From NCBI GenBank assembly GCA_964566925.1, contig CAZMIZ010000001.1, positions 7,248 through 71,247 of the forward strand: a stretch of 64,000 bases of DNA. Reading direction: 5' to 3'. The DNA is from an uncultured Gammaproteobacteria bacterium (GTDB lineage: Bacteria > Patescibacteriota > Microgenomatia > PFEM01 > DATLAM01). Under the pieces are notes generated by a model. The model did not search any database. It saw only the letters and a program-made list of their open reading frames with translations, and had not been told where the DNA came from. The position numbers and the translations under genes were made by a program. This document shows, one piece after another, positions 26,017-34,640 of the stretch; positions within the stretch are counted from its first letter, which is position 1; every line of letters starts with the position of its first letter.

Positions 26017-26654
26017 ACTTTAGTTTTTAGAAGTTCTACCTCATCTCTTTCAATCGACTCTCCAGATATCTTTGTGAGGCCAGTATTAACGTTTGCCTGA
26101 ATCTGGTTCTCAATCCGATAACAAGCAGCTATCAGTTCATCCAGGGTATCTAACTTACGATATATGTCCAGTCTCGGTAAAGCTTCATTAAGTCGCTCTT
26201 TCAAAGATAAAATTCCGAAGGGTCCAACTCTTAAGTCCGCGTAAAATAAGATCTTCGCCTCCCAATTGCTTGATTCTGCCATTTTGAGAGCATTAGAAAA
26301 AGTTTTAGATTTAACAAGAAGGCTCATTCTTGAATTAACCCCTAATTCTTCAAGCATTTTTAAAGTAGCTTGATGGTCATCGGTCCCATATTGATCGGTA
26401 ATGTCTTCCTGGACCTTTAGCCAAAAATTAACCCTTCCCTTTTCCTTACCAAGAAATTTCGGATATTTCTTAAGATCAAATTTGACAATATTCCCTAAAT
26501 CGTGAAGAAGGGCGCTCTTTTTGATCAAATCATGGTCGATCTTTGGCCCAACCCAATGATCGGTGATAAAAAGAGCCACTTTAGTAACCCGGAGTAAATG
26601 CTCTTGTAAATTAGGGGGAAGCTTAAATCGTTGATAAATCTTTTGAACGGTCAT
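26013..26654 (-). CDS. HD-domain protein
   Basis: LLHDLGN motif. Overlaps the downstream LigD-PE gene by 4 nt. Confidence 0.5.
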   Translation of the reverse strand: MTVQKIYQRFKLPPNLQEHLLRVTKVALFITDHWVGPKIDHDLIKKSALLHDLGNIVKFDLKKYPKFLGKEKGRVNFWLKVQEDITDQYGTDDHQATLKMLEELGVNSRMSLLVKSKTFSNALKMAESSNWEAKILFYADLRVGPFGILSLKERLNEALPRLDIYRKLDTLDELIAACYRIENQIQANVNTGLTKISGESIERDEVELLKTKV

Positions 26655-27328
26655 CAGCGAACATAATACCCAGAAGTTCTCAGCTGTTTGATTATCTCTT
26701 TAAGGTTGCCGCTTATTTGATTAAAAAGACTTGCCCCTTCTGCTTGAGAGGCCTGGGTTTTACCTTCCACGCTAAAATAAAAGTCCCAAATCTGGATACC
26801 GGAACCAGCAATTGGTGATTCGGCGAAAAAAGTTCCTTCCAGATCATAAACGCTACCTATTTGCCAACCAGGGCAATTATAATCACAATTACCCGGTTCT
26901 CTGACACACAAAGATTCTTCTTCTGGACCGAAAAGGGGCAGGTTGCGGGGCTGGTCTGAAAGAAAAGGTAAATCTGCATCTGAGACAATCAAGTTCTTCT
27001 TTAAAGGGCAACCACAACAAGGGTCATTTTTCGGGCAACTAAGACGTTCGCAAACAACCTTATCGTCAGAAACTCTGCCCCTAACTACCAATTGGCGATT
27101 GGCATACTTTTTCTTGTCAGCCAGAACCTCGCTCGGTTTAACGACTTCTGATTCGGGAGTGGCCACCACCCTGGATTTTAAAGCCTCCATTTTTTCTTTG
27201 AAAGGCAGGTGTTCGTAAGGAATTGTTTCGAACAAAAAAATGCCAGCCACAACTGCCAATACCGGCAAAACAATAGTAAAGAGGACAATTAAACCTATTA
27301 GGATGTCTTGATTCCCTTTTTTCTTCAT
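26654..27328 (-). CDS. Hypothetical membrane-anchored, Cys-rich extracytoplasmic protein
   Basis: N-terminal TM anchor. Cys-rich cluster: VVCERLSCPKNDPCCGCPL and GNCDYNCPGW. Confidence 0.35.
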   Translation of the reverse strand: MKKKGNQDILIGLIVLFTIVLPVLAVVAGIFLFETIPYEHLPFKEKMEALKSRVVATPESEVVKPSEVLADKKKYANRQLVVRGRVSDDKVVCERLSCPKNDPCCGCPLKKNLIVSDADLPFLSDQPRNLPLFGPEEESLCVREPGNCDYNCPGWQIGSVYDLEGTFFAESPIAGSGIQIWDFYFSVEGKTQASQAEGASLFNQISGNLKEIIKQLRTSGYYVR

Positions 27329-27332
27329 CTTT

Positions 27333-28109
27333 TTAGACTAAAAAAAGGCTAACTATGCCCAGTATGACACAGTAAAAACCGAAAATCCAGAGACTGGCTT
27401 TCAAAAGAAAGATCTCTAAAAGCCTTAAGGCACCATAGCCCACCAATCCAGCAATAATCATCCCTAGAAGGCCCTGACCTAAATTAGTTATTGAACCATT
27501 GAAAAAATCAGGGATCTGAAAAAAAAGCGCCCCCAAAATCGCAGGAATGGCCAAATAAAAGGAAAATTGAAAAGCGGTTCGTCGATCAATCCCTCGCCAT
27601 AAACTGCCCACAATGGTTGATCCAGAACGCGAAACTCCTGGTAAAATCGCTAAAGCCTGAAAAAGACCAACAATAAAGGCATCATTCGGAGATAATTCCT
27701 CAATCGATTTCGTTAGTTTTTTAATCAATTTCGTAGAGAAAAGAAGAATGGCAGTAACCAGAAGAGCTCCCCCTACTAAATCTGAAGAACTAAAAAGAGT
27801 TTCAATCTGTTGATTTAAAAAAAGGCCAACAATTCCAGCTGGGATTGATCCAATTACAATCTTTGCGAGAAGAGCAATTGATTTTCTTTCCCCTCGCACT
27901 AATTCATTTAAAATTTTTATTAATTGATTTTTAAAGTAAAAAAGAACCGCCCCCAAAGTGCCAACATGAACCATAATATCAAAAAAAACTGGAGGCTTAT
28001 CGATACTAAAAAACTTTTGCAAGAGAACCAAATGACCCGAAGAAGAAATAGGTAAAAACTCAGTTAACCCTTGAACAAGGGACAAAACGAAAGCCTGTGA
28101 ATAGCTCAT
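27333..28109 (-). CDS. uppP: Undecaprenyl-diphosphatase
   Basis: N-terminus FVLSLVQGLTEFLPISSSGHL and the downstream SRSGSTI motif are the BacA/UppP signature. Confidence 0.85.
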   Translation of the reverse strand: MSYSQAFVLSLVQGLTEFLPISSSGHLVLLQKFFSIDKPPVFFDIMVHVGTLGAVLFYFKNQLIKILNELVRGERKSIALLAKIVIGSIPAGIVGLFLNQQIETLFSSSDLVGGALLVTAILLFSTKLIKKLTKSIEELSPNDAFIVGLFQALAILPGVSRSGSTIVGSLWRGIDRRTAFQFSFYLAIPAILGALFFQIPDFFNGSITNLGQGLLGMIIAGLVGYGALRLLEIFLLKASLWIFGFYCVILGIVSLFLV

Positions 28110-28793
28110 TTACTTCTTTAGTTTATCGTACCAATCGTCAAGGGTTTTAGCAACCACATCTTTGGCTCCGAGACCAATCGCTAAGCCAACTGCCAAAACG
28201 ATCGTGTAGGTTAAACCCGTAAAAAAGGTGTCAACCAGGTCCTGGGCCACTTTTAGCTCAGAAATGGCCGTAAAAAGGGCAATGACTAAAACCACCCAAC
28301 GAGCCAGTTGGCTAACCAGCTTCGCTGCCTCATGATCCACTGTTGCCAGGGCCCCTTTGACCAAACCTTCAACCAAATTGGCCACAAAAAACCCGACCGC
28401 GAAAATCAAGGCAGCCGAAACGACATTGGGAATATAAGCCAGAAAACCAGTCAAAACTTTAGAAACGGTAGTCAGGCCTAAAATGTCAACGGTAGCGATA
28501 AAGAAAACCAGGATAATAAACCACTTTACGAAAGCGCCAATTATTTGGGTGGTGGTAAATTTTATCTCAGCTCTTTTCCAAAAAGATTCAGCCCCGATTT
28601 TCCTAGCTAAATTCTGAAAACGAACCACCTCTAAAACACCTTCAACTATCTTCTTTGCCCAAGACGCAACTAAAAGACCAATCACAAAAACAACTAGAGC
28701 GCCAATAAACTGGGGCAGAAAACTGATAAAAGCCGACCAGATTGGCTGCCAAGCTTCAATCAAGGCTTGTTGCCAGTCTATCCAATAAGTCAT
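28110..28793 (-). CDS. Membrane protein with conserved TM-helix repeats (mechanosensitive-channel-related TM_helix family)
   Basis: Repeated amphipathic and TM segments. Strong RBS AAGGAGGTG. Confidence 0.4.
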   Translation of the reverse strand: MTYWIDWQQALIEAWQPIWSAFISFLPQFIGALVVFVIGLLVASWAKKIVEGVLEVVRFQNLARKIGAESFWKRAEIKFTTTQIIGAFVKWFIILVFFIATVDILGLTTVSKVLTGFLAYIPNVVSAALIFAVGFFVANLVEGLVKGALATVDHEAAKLVSQLARWVVLVIALFTAISELKVAQDLVDTFFTGLTYTIVLAVGLAIGLGAKDVVAKTLDDWYDKLKK

Positions 28794-28885
28794 TTTTCAC
28801 CTCCTTTCCCGCCCGCCAGATGGCGGACTCCAAAATTCTTCTCTTTTATTGTGTGAAAAAATGGAGTGTTTGTCAAATTTTAAGC

Positions 28886-28914
28886 TTGTTTTTTGAGGTT
28901 AACCATGATAAAAT
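28886..28914 (+). promoter_or_regulatory. Candidate rnpB promoter (TTGTTT-17-TGaTAAAAT, extended -10)
   Basis: -35 at 28886-28891 and extended -10 at 28906-28914. This places the TSS at about 28921, coinciding with the 5' strand of the P1 helix. Confidence 0.45.
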
Positions 28915-28920
28915 AACTAT

Positions 28921-29193
28921 ACCTAGGAAGCTGGGTAACTGCTCTGCCTTTTATAAAAGACAGAGAGGAAAGTCCAGACAGCAGGAAGCAGGGTGTCCCG
29001 CGTAAGCGGGAGCGGGTAACCGACAGTGAAGCCACAGAGACGAGTCCCACGTCTAACGTGGGGGTGAAACGAGGCAATTCTCCCCGCTGCAACCTCCGAT
29101 CGGTGCGTTATGAGCTGCTTCCGCCAGCACCAAAGCTTGAGGGCATAGACAGATAGTTACCTAGAACAGAATCTGGCTTACGAGCTTCCTAGG
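28921..29193 (+). ncRNA. rnpB: RNase P RNA (bacterial type, size-reduced to about 275 nt)
   Basis: The P4 5' strand GAGGAAAGUCC and the CAGGGUG...GGUAAC and ACAGAAuCuGGCUUA blocks align with E. coli M1 RNA. The P1 helix forms between CCUAGGAAGCU at the 5' end and AGCUUCCUAGG at the 3' end, followed by a U-tract. ORFs 28742..29005 (+) and 28880..29092 (-) overlap it and are spurious. Confidence 0.75.
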
Positions 29194-29222
29194 TTTTTTC
29201 TTGGTCTTTTTTAGAAATTTCT

Positions 29223-30209
29223 TTAAAATCCTTGAAGTTCCTTAGCTGTAAAAAACTCGGCAGCAACTACCTGAGCGACCAAAACGATAGGGACTGAGAG
29301 AATCGCTCCAGCGGCTCCTGCCAGTTTAAAGCCAATTGTCAGAGATAAAATCGTCACCAAGGGATTAACTCCAGCCACTCTCTCCATCACTTTAGGCACG
29401 ACCACTACATTTTCAATCTGCTGAATAAGAAAATAAAGCGCCGCCACTGCCAAGGCTAAAAGGGGTGAAGTAGCTAGGCCAGCCAAAATGGCCGGAATTG
29501 AGGCTAAAATTGGTCCTACATTAGGCACAATCTCTAAAATTCCAGCCAAAAGAGCCAGTGGTAAAGCAAAATCAATTCCTAAAAGCCGCAAACCTAGATA
29601 GCTGATAAGGCTGATAAAAACCATGAGCGTTATTTGAGCCCGGATCCAGCCGCCAAGCCGCTCCTCAACTTTGTCGATTAGTTTTTCTGCTTTTCCTTCA
29701 TCTTTTTTGCCAAAAAGAATTAAAAGATAACGATCCAGATTCTTTCGTTCGAGGAGAAGATAAAAAGTAATCACTATTAAAACGAAAAAGGCCAACATGT
29801 TTCCAAAAATCGCTATTGTTAAACGAAACAGGTTGGCTGGAATTGAACCTAGATGGCTAATTTGAGAACTAACAATTCTTTCGTCAACCGCTGGCAAACC
29901 CACTTTTTCTAAATAATCAGGCAAGCTTGTTACCAAGGTAGTTGTTTGATCAACTAATGGTGGGATTAAACAAGTCAAAATGACCCCGATGCCGCCGAAG
30001 ATAATTATATAAACGACAAGAATGGCTAGGGCTCGTGGGATCTTGAGTTTCTCCAGTCTATCAACCGCCGGGCTTAAAGCGGACATAATAATTAGAGAAA
30101 CAAAGAGGGCCAGGATAATCTGGCGAATTTGAAAAAGGACCCATAAAAGAAGAAGAAAGAAAACGGTAAAAACGATTGTCCGGTGAGAAATTTCAACTTT
30201 TTGCGGCAT
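29223..30209 (-). CDS. AI-2E family transporter (PerM/UPF0118)
   Basis: 8-TM topology with a characteristic N-terminal segment. Confidence 0.7.
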   Translation of the reverse strand: MPQKVEISHRTIVFTVFFLLLLWVLFQIRQIILALFVSLIIMSALSPAVDRLEKLKIPRALAILVVYIIIFGGIGVILTCLIPPLVDQTTTLVTSLPDYLEKVGLPAVDERIVSSQISHLGSIPANLFRLTIAIFGNMLAFFVLIVITFYLLLERKNLDRYLLILFGKKDEGKAEKLIDKVEERLGGWIRAQITLMVFISLISYLGLRLLGIDFALPLALLAGILEIVPNVGPILASIPAILAGLATSPLLALAVAALYFLIQQIENVVVVPKVMERVAGVNPLVTILSLTIGFKLAGAAGAILSVPIVLVAQVVAAEFFTAKELQGF

Positions 30210-31173
30210 CGGTTTTAGTATACCAGTCTTTGACCAGTTTTTCTACCCTCAACCCAAGCTCTGGCTTAGTAAAATCAAACCATTTAATCCTTTTATCCCT
30301 TTTAAACCAGGTTAACTGACGACGGGCATAAGTGTGCTCAGCAAACTGCCACTGCTCGATTGTCTCCTCTCTGGTAGTCTTACCCTCAAAATAAGAACCC
30401 CTCGCCTTGCTCGGGAACCTTGTTTCTCGCTGGCGCTCAAAATGGGCTTGCCATTCTTGATAGCCGATCGTTGCCCCTAAAGCCGAATTCTCCCAAGTAT
30501 AACCTCTTCCCAGCAACCTCTTAATTTCACCTTCGATCCCTTGTTTAACTCTCTCTCTTACCCGATCATCGATTCGCTGATAAAGGACTTCATTGGCGGC
30601 AGTCAGGCTGATCATTAAAACGTTGGAGGTTAGGCGTTGGATATTAAAAGATTTTTTATTAGCAAGGGCGATTTCGATTGCTCTAATCAATCTTCGAGGG
30701 TTTTGCCTGTCCGACTGGTTCATCTTCTCCCATTTTCTAGGATCTAGCCTCTTTAATTTATCCTTTAATTCCTCAATTTCCAATTTATCTAATTCTTTTC
30801 TTAATTCCCAATTCGGTTCAATCCCCAAACTTTCTATTCCATCAACTATGGCTTTAATATAAAAACCGGTGCCACCAACAATAATCGGCAATTTTTTCTT
30901 TCTCCAAATTTCTTTAATCGCCTTCCAGGCTAATTGATAGTATTTGGCGACGTTAAATTCCTGATCAGGCTTAATAACATCAATTAAATGGACAGGAATT
31001 TTCGATTTCCTGATAACTTCCAGATCTTTGCCGGTACCAATGTCCATCCCTTTGTAAACTTGTCGGCTATCAGCGGAAATAATTTCGCCTTTAAACTTTT
31101 TTGCCAAATGGATTCCCAATGAAGTTTTCCCAGTAGCCGTTGGTCCACAAATAACTAAAAGTGGTTTTGCCAT
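30193..31173 (-). CDS. miaA: tRNA dimethylallyltransferase
   Basis: P-loop ICGPTATGKT. The motif ISADSRQVYKGMDIGTGK matches MiaA. Confidence 0.85.
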   Translation of the reverse strand: MAKPLLVICGPTATGKTSLGIHLAKKFKGEIISADSRQVYKGMDIGTGKDLEVIRKSKIPVHLIDVIKPDQEFNVAKYYQLAWKAIKEIWRKKKLPIIVGGTGFYIKAIVDGIESLGIEPNWELRKELDKLEIEELKDKLKRLDPRKWEKMNQSDRQNPRRLIRAIEIALANKKSFNIQRLTSNVLMISLTAANEVLYQRIDDRVRERVKQGIEGEIKRLLGRGYTWENSALGATIGYQEWQAHFERQRETRFPSKARGSYFEGKTTREETIEQWQFAEHTYARRQLTWFKRDKRIKWFDFTKPELGLRVEKLVKDWYTKTDAAKS

Positions 31174-31211
31174 GATGTGGTAATATATTATAACTGAAAG
31201 GGGGTGAAGAG

Positions 31212-31796
31212 ATGAAACAAACGCTGGAGAATTTAACCAAAGCCTTTATTGGGGAAAGCCAAGCCAGAAATCGCTATACCTTCTACGCCAAGATTGCCAG
31301 AAAAGAAGGATATGAGCAAATTGCCGAGACTTTCTTAGTGACTGCCGAAAACGAAAAAGAACACGCCAAAAGACTGTTTGAACATATTCAGGAATTGAAA
31401 AAGAGAATGAGGCAAAAAATGGATGAGCTGGAAGTTGAGGCCTTAGCCCCCACGGTCTACGGCAAAACAGCTGATAATCTTCAAGCGGCCATCGATGGCG
31501 AGCATTATGAATACTCTGAAATGTATCCGGATTTTGCTAAGGTAGCCGCTAAAGAAGGCTTACCCCATATTGCCAAAAGATTAAGAGCGATTGCCATTGC
31601 CGAAAAACATCACGAGGAAAGATACAAAAAGCTTCTTAAAGAAGTCAAGGCAAAATCCGTTTTTAAGAAAAGGAAAAATGTTTGGTGGGTTTGCCGCGAA
31701 TGTGGCTATGTCCACTACGGCAAGCAGCCGCCAAAGAAGTGCCCATCCTGCGACCATCCACGAAGTTTTTATCAGATTTTGTGTGAAGAGTACTAA
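31212..31796 (+). CDS. rbr: Rubrerythrin
   Basis: Diiron four-helix-bundle motifs (E..E..H repeated). C-terminal rubredoxin-like CRECGYV...CPSC. RBS AAAGGGGGTGA. Confidence 0.85.
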   Translation: MKQTLENLTKAFIGESQARNRYTFYAKIARKEGYEQIAETFLVTAENEKEHAKRLFEHIQELKKRMRQKMDELEVEALAPTVYGKTADNLQAAIDGEHYEYSEMYPDFAKVAAKEGLPHIAKRLRAIAIAEKHHEERYKKLLKEVKAKSVFKKRKNVWWVCRECGYVHYGKQPPKKCPSCDHPRSFYQILCEEY

Positions 31797-31812
31797 CTAA
31801 AAGGGGGTGAGA

Positions 31813-31935
31813 ATGATGTGTAAAACTTGCGGCTGTCGCCCTTGCCGATGCGGCCGAGAGATCAAAGATAAGGTTTGCCAAGGTTGCGGCAAGCCTTATG
31901 ATGAATGCGACTGCGAAGAGAAAAAAGAAAAGTAG
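31813..31935 (+). CDS. Cys-rich 40-aa peptide (10 Cys), a possible metal-binding peptide. Absent from the ORF track.
   Basis: Translation: MMCKTCGCRPCRCGREIKDKVCQGCGKPYDECDCEEKKEK*. It has the same strong RBS (AAAGGGGGTGA) as rubrerythrin and sits between rbr and dfx. Confidence 0.4.
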   Translation: MMCKTCGCRPCRCGREIKDKVCQGCGKPYDECDCEEKKEK

Positions 31936-31951
31936 CTAATCGGATTCCAAA

Positions 31952-32326
31952 ATGACGAAACTAAATCAAATTTACAAATGTAATGTTTGTGGGAATGTTG
32001 TCACCGTTTTACACGCTGGTGTGGGTCAACTGGTTTGTTGCGGCCAACCAATGGAACTGTTGACTGAAAAAACTAAGGATGAGGGGCTGGAAAAACATGT
32101 TCCGGTGATTGAAAAAACCGAAATCGGCGTTAAGGTTAAAGTAGGTTCTGTTCCCCATCCGATGGAGAGAAAGCACTTTATTGAATGGATTGAAATCATC
32201 GCTGATGGTCAGGTTTATCGGCAATTTCTAAAGCCAGGGAGCCCACCCGAAGCTGATTTTACGATCAAAGCAGAAAAGATTCAGGCGCGTGAATATTGTA
32301 ATGTTCACGGCCTTTGGAAATCATGA
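31952..32326 (+). CDS. dfx: Desulfoferrodoxin (2Fe superoxide reductase)
   Basis: N-terminal desulforedoxin CNVCGNVV...CCGQPM. C-terminal SOR centre HVPV...H...CNVHG. Confidence 0.85.
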   Translation: MTKLNQIYKCNVCGNVVTVLHAGVGQLVCCGQPMELLTEKTKDEGLEKHVPVIEKTEIGVKVKVGSVPHPMERKHFIEWIEIIADGQVYRQFLKPGSPPEADFTIKAEKIQAREYCNVHGLWKS

Positions 32327-33370
32327 AGGTTGATTAATTAGCCTCTCTAAGATCTGCCACCTTCTTTTCTTTTCTTCAGGTGAAACATTATCTTTTAATT
32401 TAAAGGCGGTGGTCCCAGGGCGCGGTGAATAGCGAGCGATGTAAGCTTTAACAAAGCCCACTTTCTGACAAAGTTTAACCGTGTTTTCGAAGGATTTTTT
32501 TGTTTCGCCGGGAAAGCCAACAATAATATCTGTCCCGATTTTAATATCAGGAATCTTCTTTTTGATTTTTTTCACTAATTTAATATATTGAAGTGGGGTG
32601 TAAGGCCGATTCATTTTCTTTAAAATCCGGCTATCACCTGACTGAACCGGTAAATGGAGATAATGATCAATTTTCGGAAGAGCCATCGCCTCAACAATCT
32701 CCCCTGTTAAATCCCAGGGGTTTGAAGTAAGAAAGGAAATCTTTTTAATCCCCTTGATTTGGTGAACTCGCTTTAAAAGCTGGGCAAAATTCCTTTTTGG
32801 TTTCGATCCTTTTCCATAAGAATTAACGTTTTGGCCTAATAAAACAATTTCTTGATAGCCTCTCTTCGCTAAGGATTCAATTTCATAGATAATTTCTTTA
32901 AACGGTCGGCTAATTTCTTTTCCTCGGGCATAAGGAACTACACAATAAGAACAGAAGTGGTCACACCCCTCCATAATGGGCACAAAAGCACTGATTTTCT
33001 TCTTTCTTTTCGGGGTTATTTTTTCAGAACCAACTAGCTCTTCAATAGTTTTAAATTCGTCAACTTGAGGTAAGCGCCTTTTAAGGGCAAACGGCGAATA
33101 ACGTCGTCTCTCGCCTCGCGCAGAACCAAACATACAACCAGTAAGAATGATTTTTTGCTGTTTTCTTTTTTGTCCAGCTAGATTGTTAACCAAACCAAAA
33201 ACCCGGTTTTCGGCGGATTCGCGCACCGAACAGGTATTAATAATAACAATGTCTGCCTTTTCAATTTTCTTTGCTAGTCGATAGCCCTTTTTCTCAAACA
33301 CGGCAGCTAACTTTTCCGAATCCGCCTCATTAGCCTGGCATCCGTATGTCTTAATGAAACAGGTTTTCAT
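32321..33370 (-). CDS. miaB: Radical-SAM methylthiotransferase, MiaB-like, apparently lacking the C-terminal TRAM domain
   Basis: MTTase N-domain [11 protein letters not shown]...INTCSVRE. Radical [11 protein letters not shown]. Start trimmed to ATG 33370 ([12 protein letters not shown]). The protein ends after the ARYSPRPGT motif. Confidence 0.7.
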   Translation of the reverse strand: MKTCFIKTYGCQANEADSEKLAAVFEKKGYRLAKKIEKADIVIINTCSVRESAENRVFGLVNNLAGQKRKQQKIILTGCMFGSARGERRRYSPFALKRRLPQVDEFKTIEELVGSEKITPKRKKKISAFVPIMEGCDHFCSYCVVPYARGKEISRPFKEIIYEIESLAKRGYQEIVLLGQNVNSYGKGSKPKRNFAQLLKRVHQIKGIKKISFLTSNPWDLTGEIVEAMALPKIDHYLHLPVQSGDSRILKKMNRPYTPLQYIKLVKKIKKKIPDIKIGTDIIVGFPGETKKSFENTVKLCQKVGFVKAYIARYSPRPGTTAFKLKDNVSPEEKKRRWQILERLINQPS

Positions 33371-33433
33371 TGTGGATAATTTTATCATCTTTAGTTTGAC
33401 CTTTAAAGGTAAATCTGCTATTTTCCAATTGAA

Positions 33434-33940
33434 ATGGCAGCAAGAGAAGAAATCAGGCCGGCGAATGAAGAAATGGCACCCGGTCAAAGCCTTTATCTCC
33501 AAGCAATGGGTTGCCTTAACGAAAAGACGGGGAAAAATTCGAAAGTGTCTGGTTATCTAGATCGTAATGAAGAGATAAAACAAGCCGCCCAAGCGCTCGG
33601 CTTATCAGATGGAGGGAAATTACCCTCTTTCTCTTCTCTGCGTTTCAGGCTTTCTCAGGGGCGCAGACGGTTAATTGGGAAAAAAGAAGTTAGGCTTCGA
33701 GTGGAGGCAAAATTAAGGACTGAAACAATAAAAATCTTGATTCTAGCTGTTACTTCTGATGGTGAGTGCCAACATAAAATAACCCAGAGAGGTTCAATTA
33801 TTATTGGCCCTTATGGAGTCGAGGAAAACGATAAAACGGGAACTGTTAGACCGAAAAGAAAAACCACGGCAGAGGAAATAGGTGCTTGTCAGATCCTTTT
33901 AGCTGGGATTGAGAGCCAGGCAAGACAATCTGATACTTAA
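33434..33940 (+). CDS. Hypothetical protein
   Basis: 168-aa ORF with a possible TTGACC-17-TATTTT promoter at 33396. No motif recognised. Confidence 0.3.
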   Translation: MAAREEIRPANEEMAPGQSLYLQAMGCLNEKTGKNSKVSGYLDRNEEIKQAAQALGLSDGGKLPSFSSLRFRLSQGRRRLIGKKEVRLRVEAKLRTETIKILILAVTSDGECQHKITQRGSIIIGPYGVEENDKTGTVRPKRKTTAEEIGACQILLAGIESQARQSDT

Positions 33941-33953
33941 AAACCTGCTTGGG

Positions 33954-34640
33954 CTATTTTCTCCAAAAATCATAATTCCCGCCTAAGAAAATGCTGATTC
34001 GGCCAAGAAAGTCTTGGAAGAAACAAGCCAAGGGATAAAGAAAAGGTAGTCTTGTTTTTTTATAGTAAAAATCAATGATAGAAAAACCCTTAGGCGGCTT
34101 TTGAATTTTTCGATCCTCAAAAGCAGCTAGGTCATACCTTCTTTTAGGGTTACCTTGAGAGGTCAAGATTCCATAATAAGCGGTCATCGCCGGGACACCA
34201 ATAAATCTGGCCCCGTAAAAAGAATAGCGCGTCGGTTTGATCGCCTCGCTATGGGCAATGGCGCTGATATTTTTGGAGATCTTGCTAATAAAATTTTGAT
34301 TTTCGTCAAATTTGCCAAGAAAAATAGTTAACGTGAGTAAATCTTTACTTAATGCCTCAACCCAAAGAAAATCAAAACCAAAAAGGGTAAATCTTTTTTC
34401 TTTAATCTGGTAACCGGCTTTTTCTAGTTCCTGATAAAGTATTTTTTTATCTTCGGTCTCAATCATTAAATCAATATCGCCTAGCTTTCTTTGTGGTCGC
34501 CCTAAAAGGGCGGCCGGAATGACTGAGCCAAAAATTCGATATTTAATCTTTAAGTCAGCCAAAATTTTACTTAAAAGCCTAATCGTTCTTCTAAGCTTCT
34601 CTCTTTCCTTCTTTGAGATTTGAGAAAATCGACTACTCAT
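33954..34640 (-). CDS. Nucleotidyltransferase-fold protein
   Basis: RIFGSVIPAALLGRPQRKLGDIDLMIE fits the GS...DxD NTase motif. Confidence 0.4.
   Translation of the reverse strand: MSSRFSQISKKEREKLRRTIRLLSKILADLKIKYRIFGSVIPAALLGRPQRKLGDIDLMIETEDKKILYQELEKAGYQIKEKRFTLFGFDFLWVEALSKDLLTLTIFLGKFDENQNFISKISKNISAIAHSEAIKPTRYSFYGARFIGVPAMTAYYGILTSQGNPKRRYDLAAFEDRKIQKPPKGFSIIDFYYKKTRLPFLYPLACFFQDFLGRISIFLGGNYDFWRK

Noticed and set aside
28742-29092. Two overlapping ORFs (28742..29005 +, 28880..29092 -) from the track
   Set aside because: The region carries the conserved RNase P RNA blocks and the P1 helix. The ORFs are chance frames across a structured ncRNA.
33371-33502. N-terminal 44-aa extension of the miaB ORF (MEIKALTGCHFF...)
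   Set aside because: The conserved MiaB N-terminus starts at the internal ATG 33370. The extension overlaps the divergent 33434 (+) ORF and has no support.
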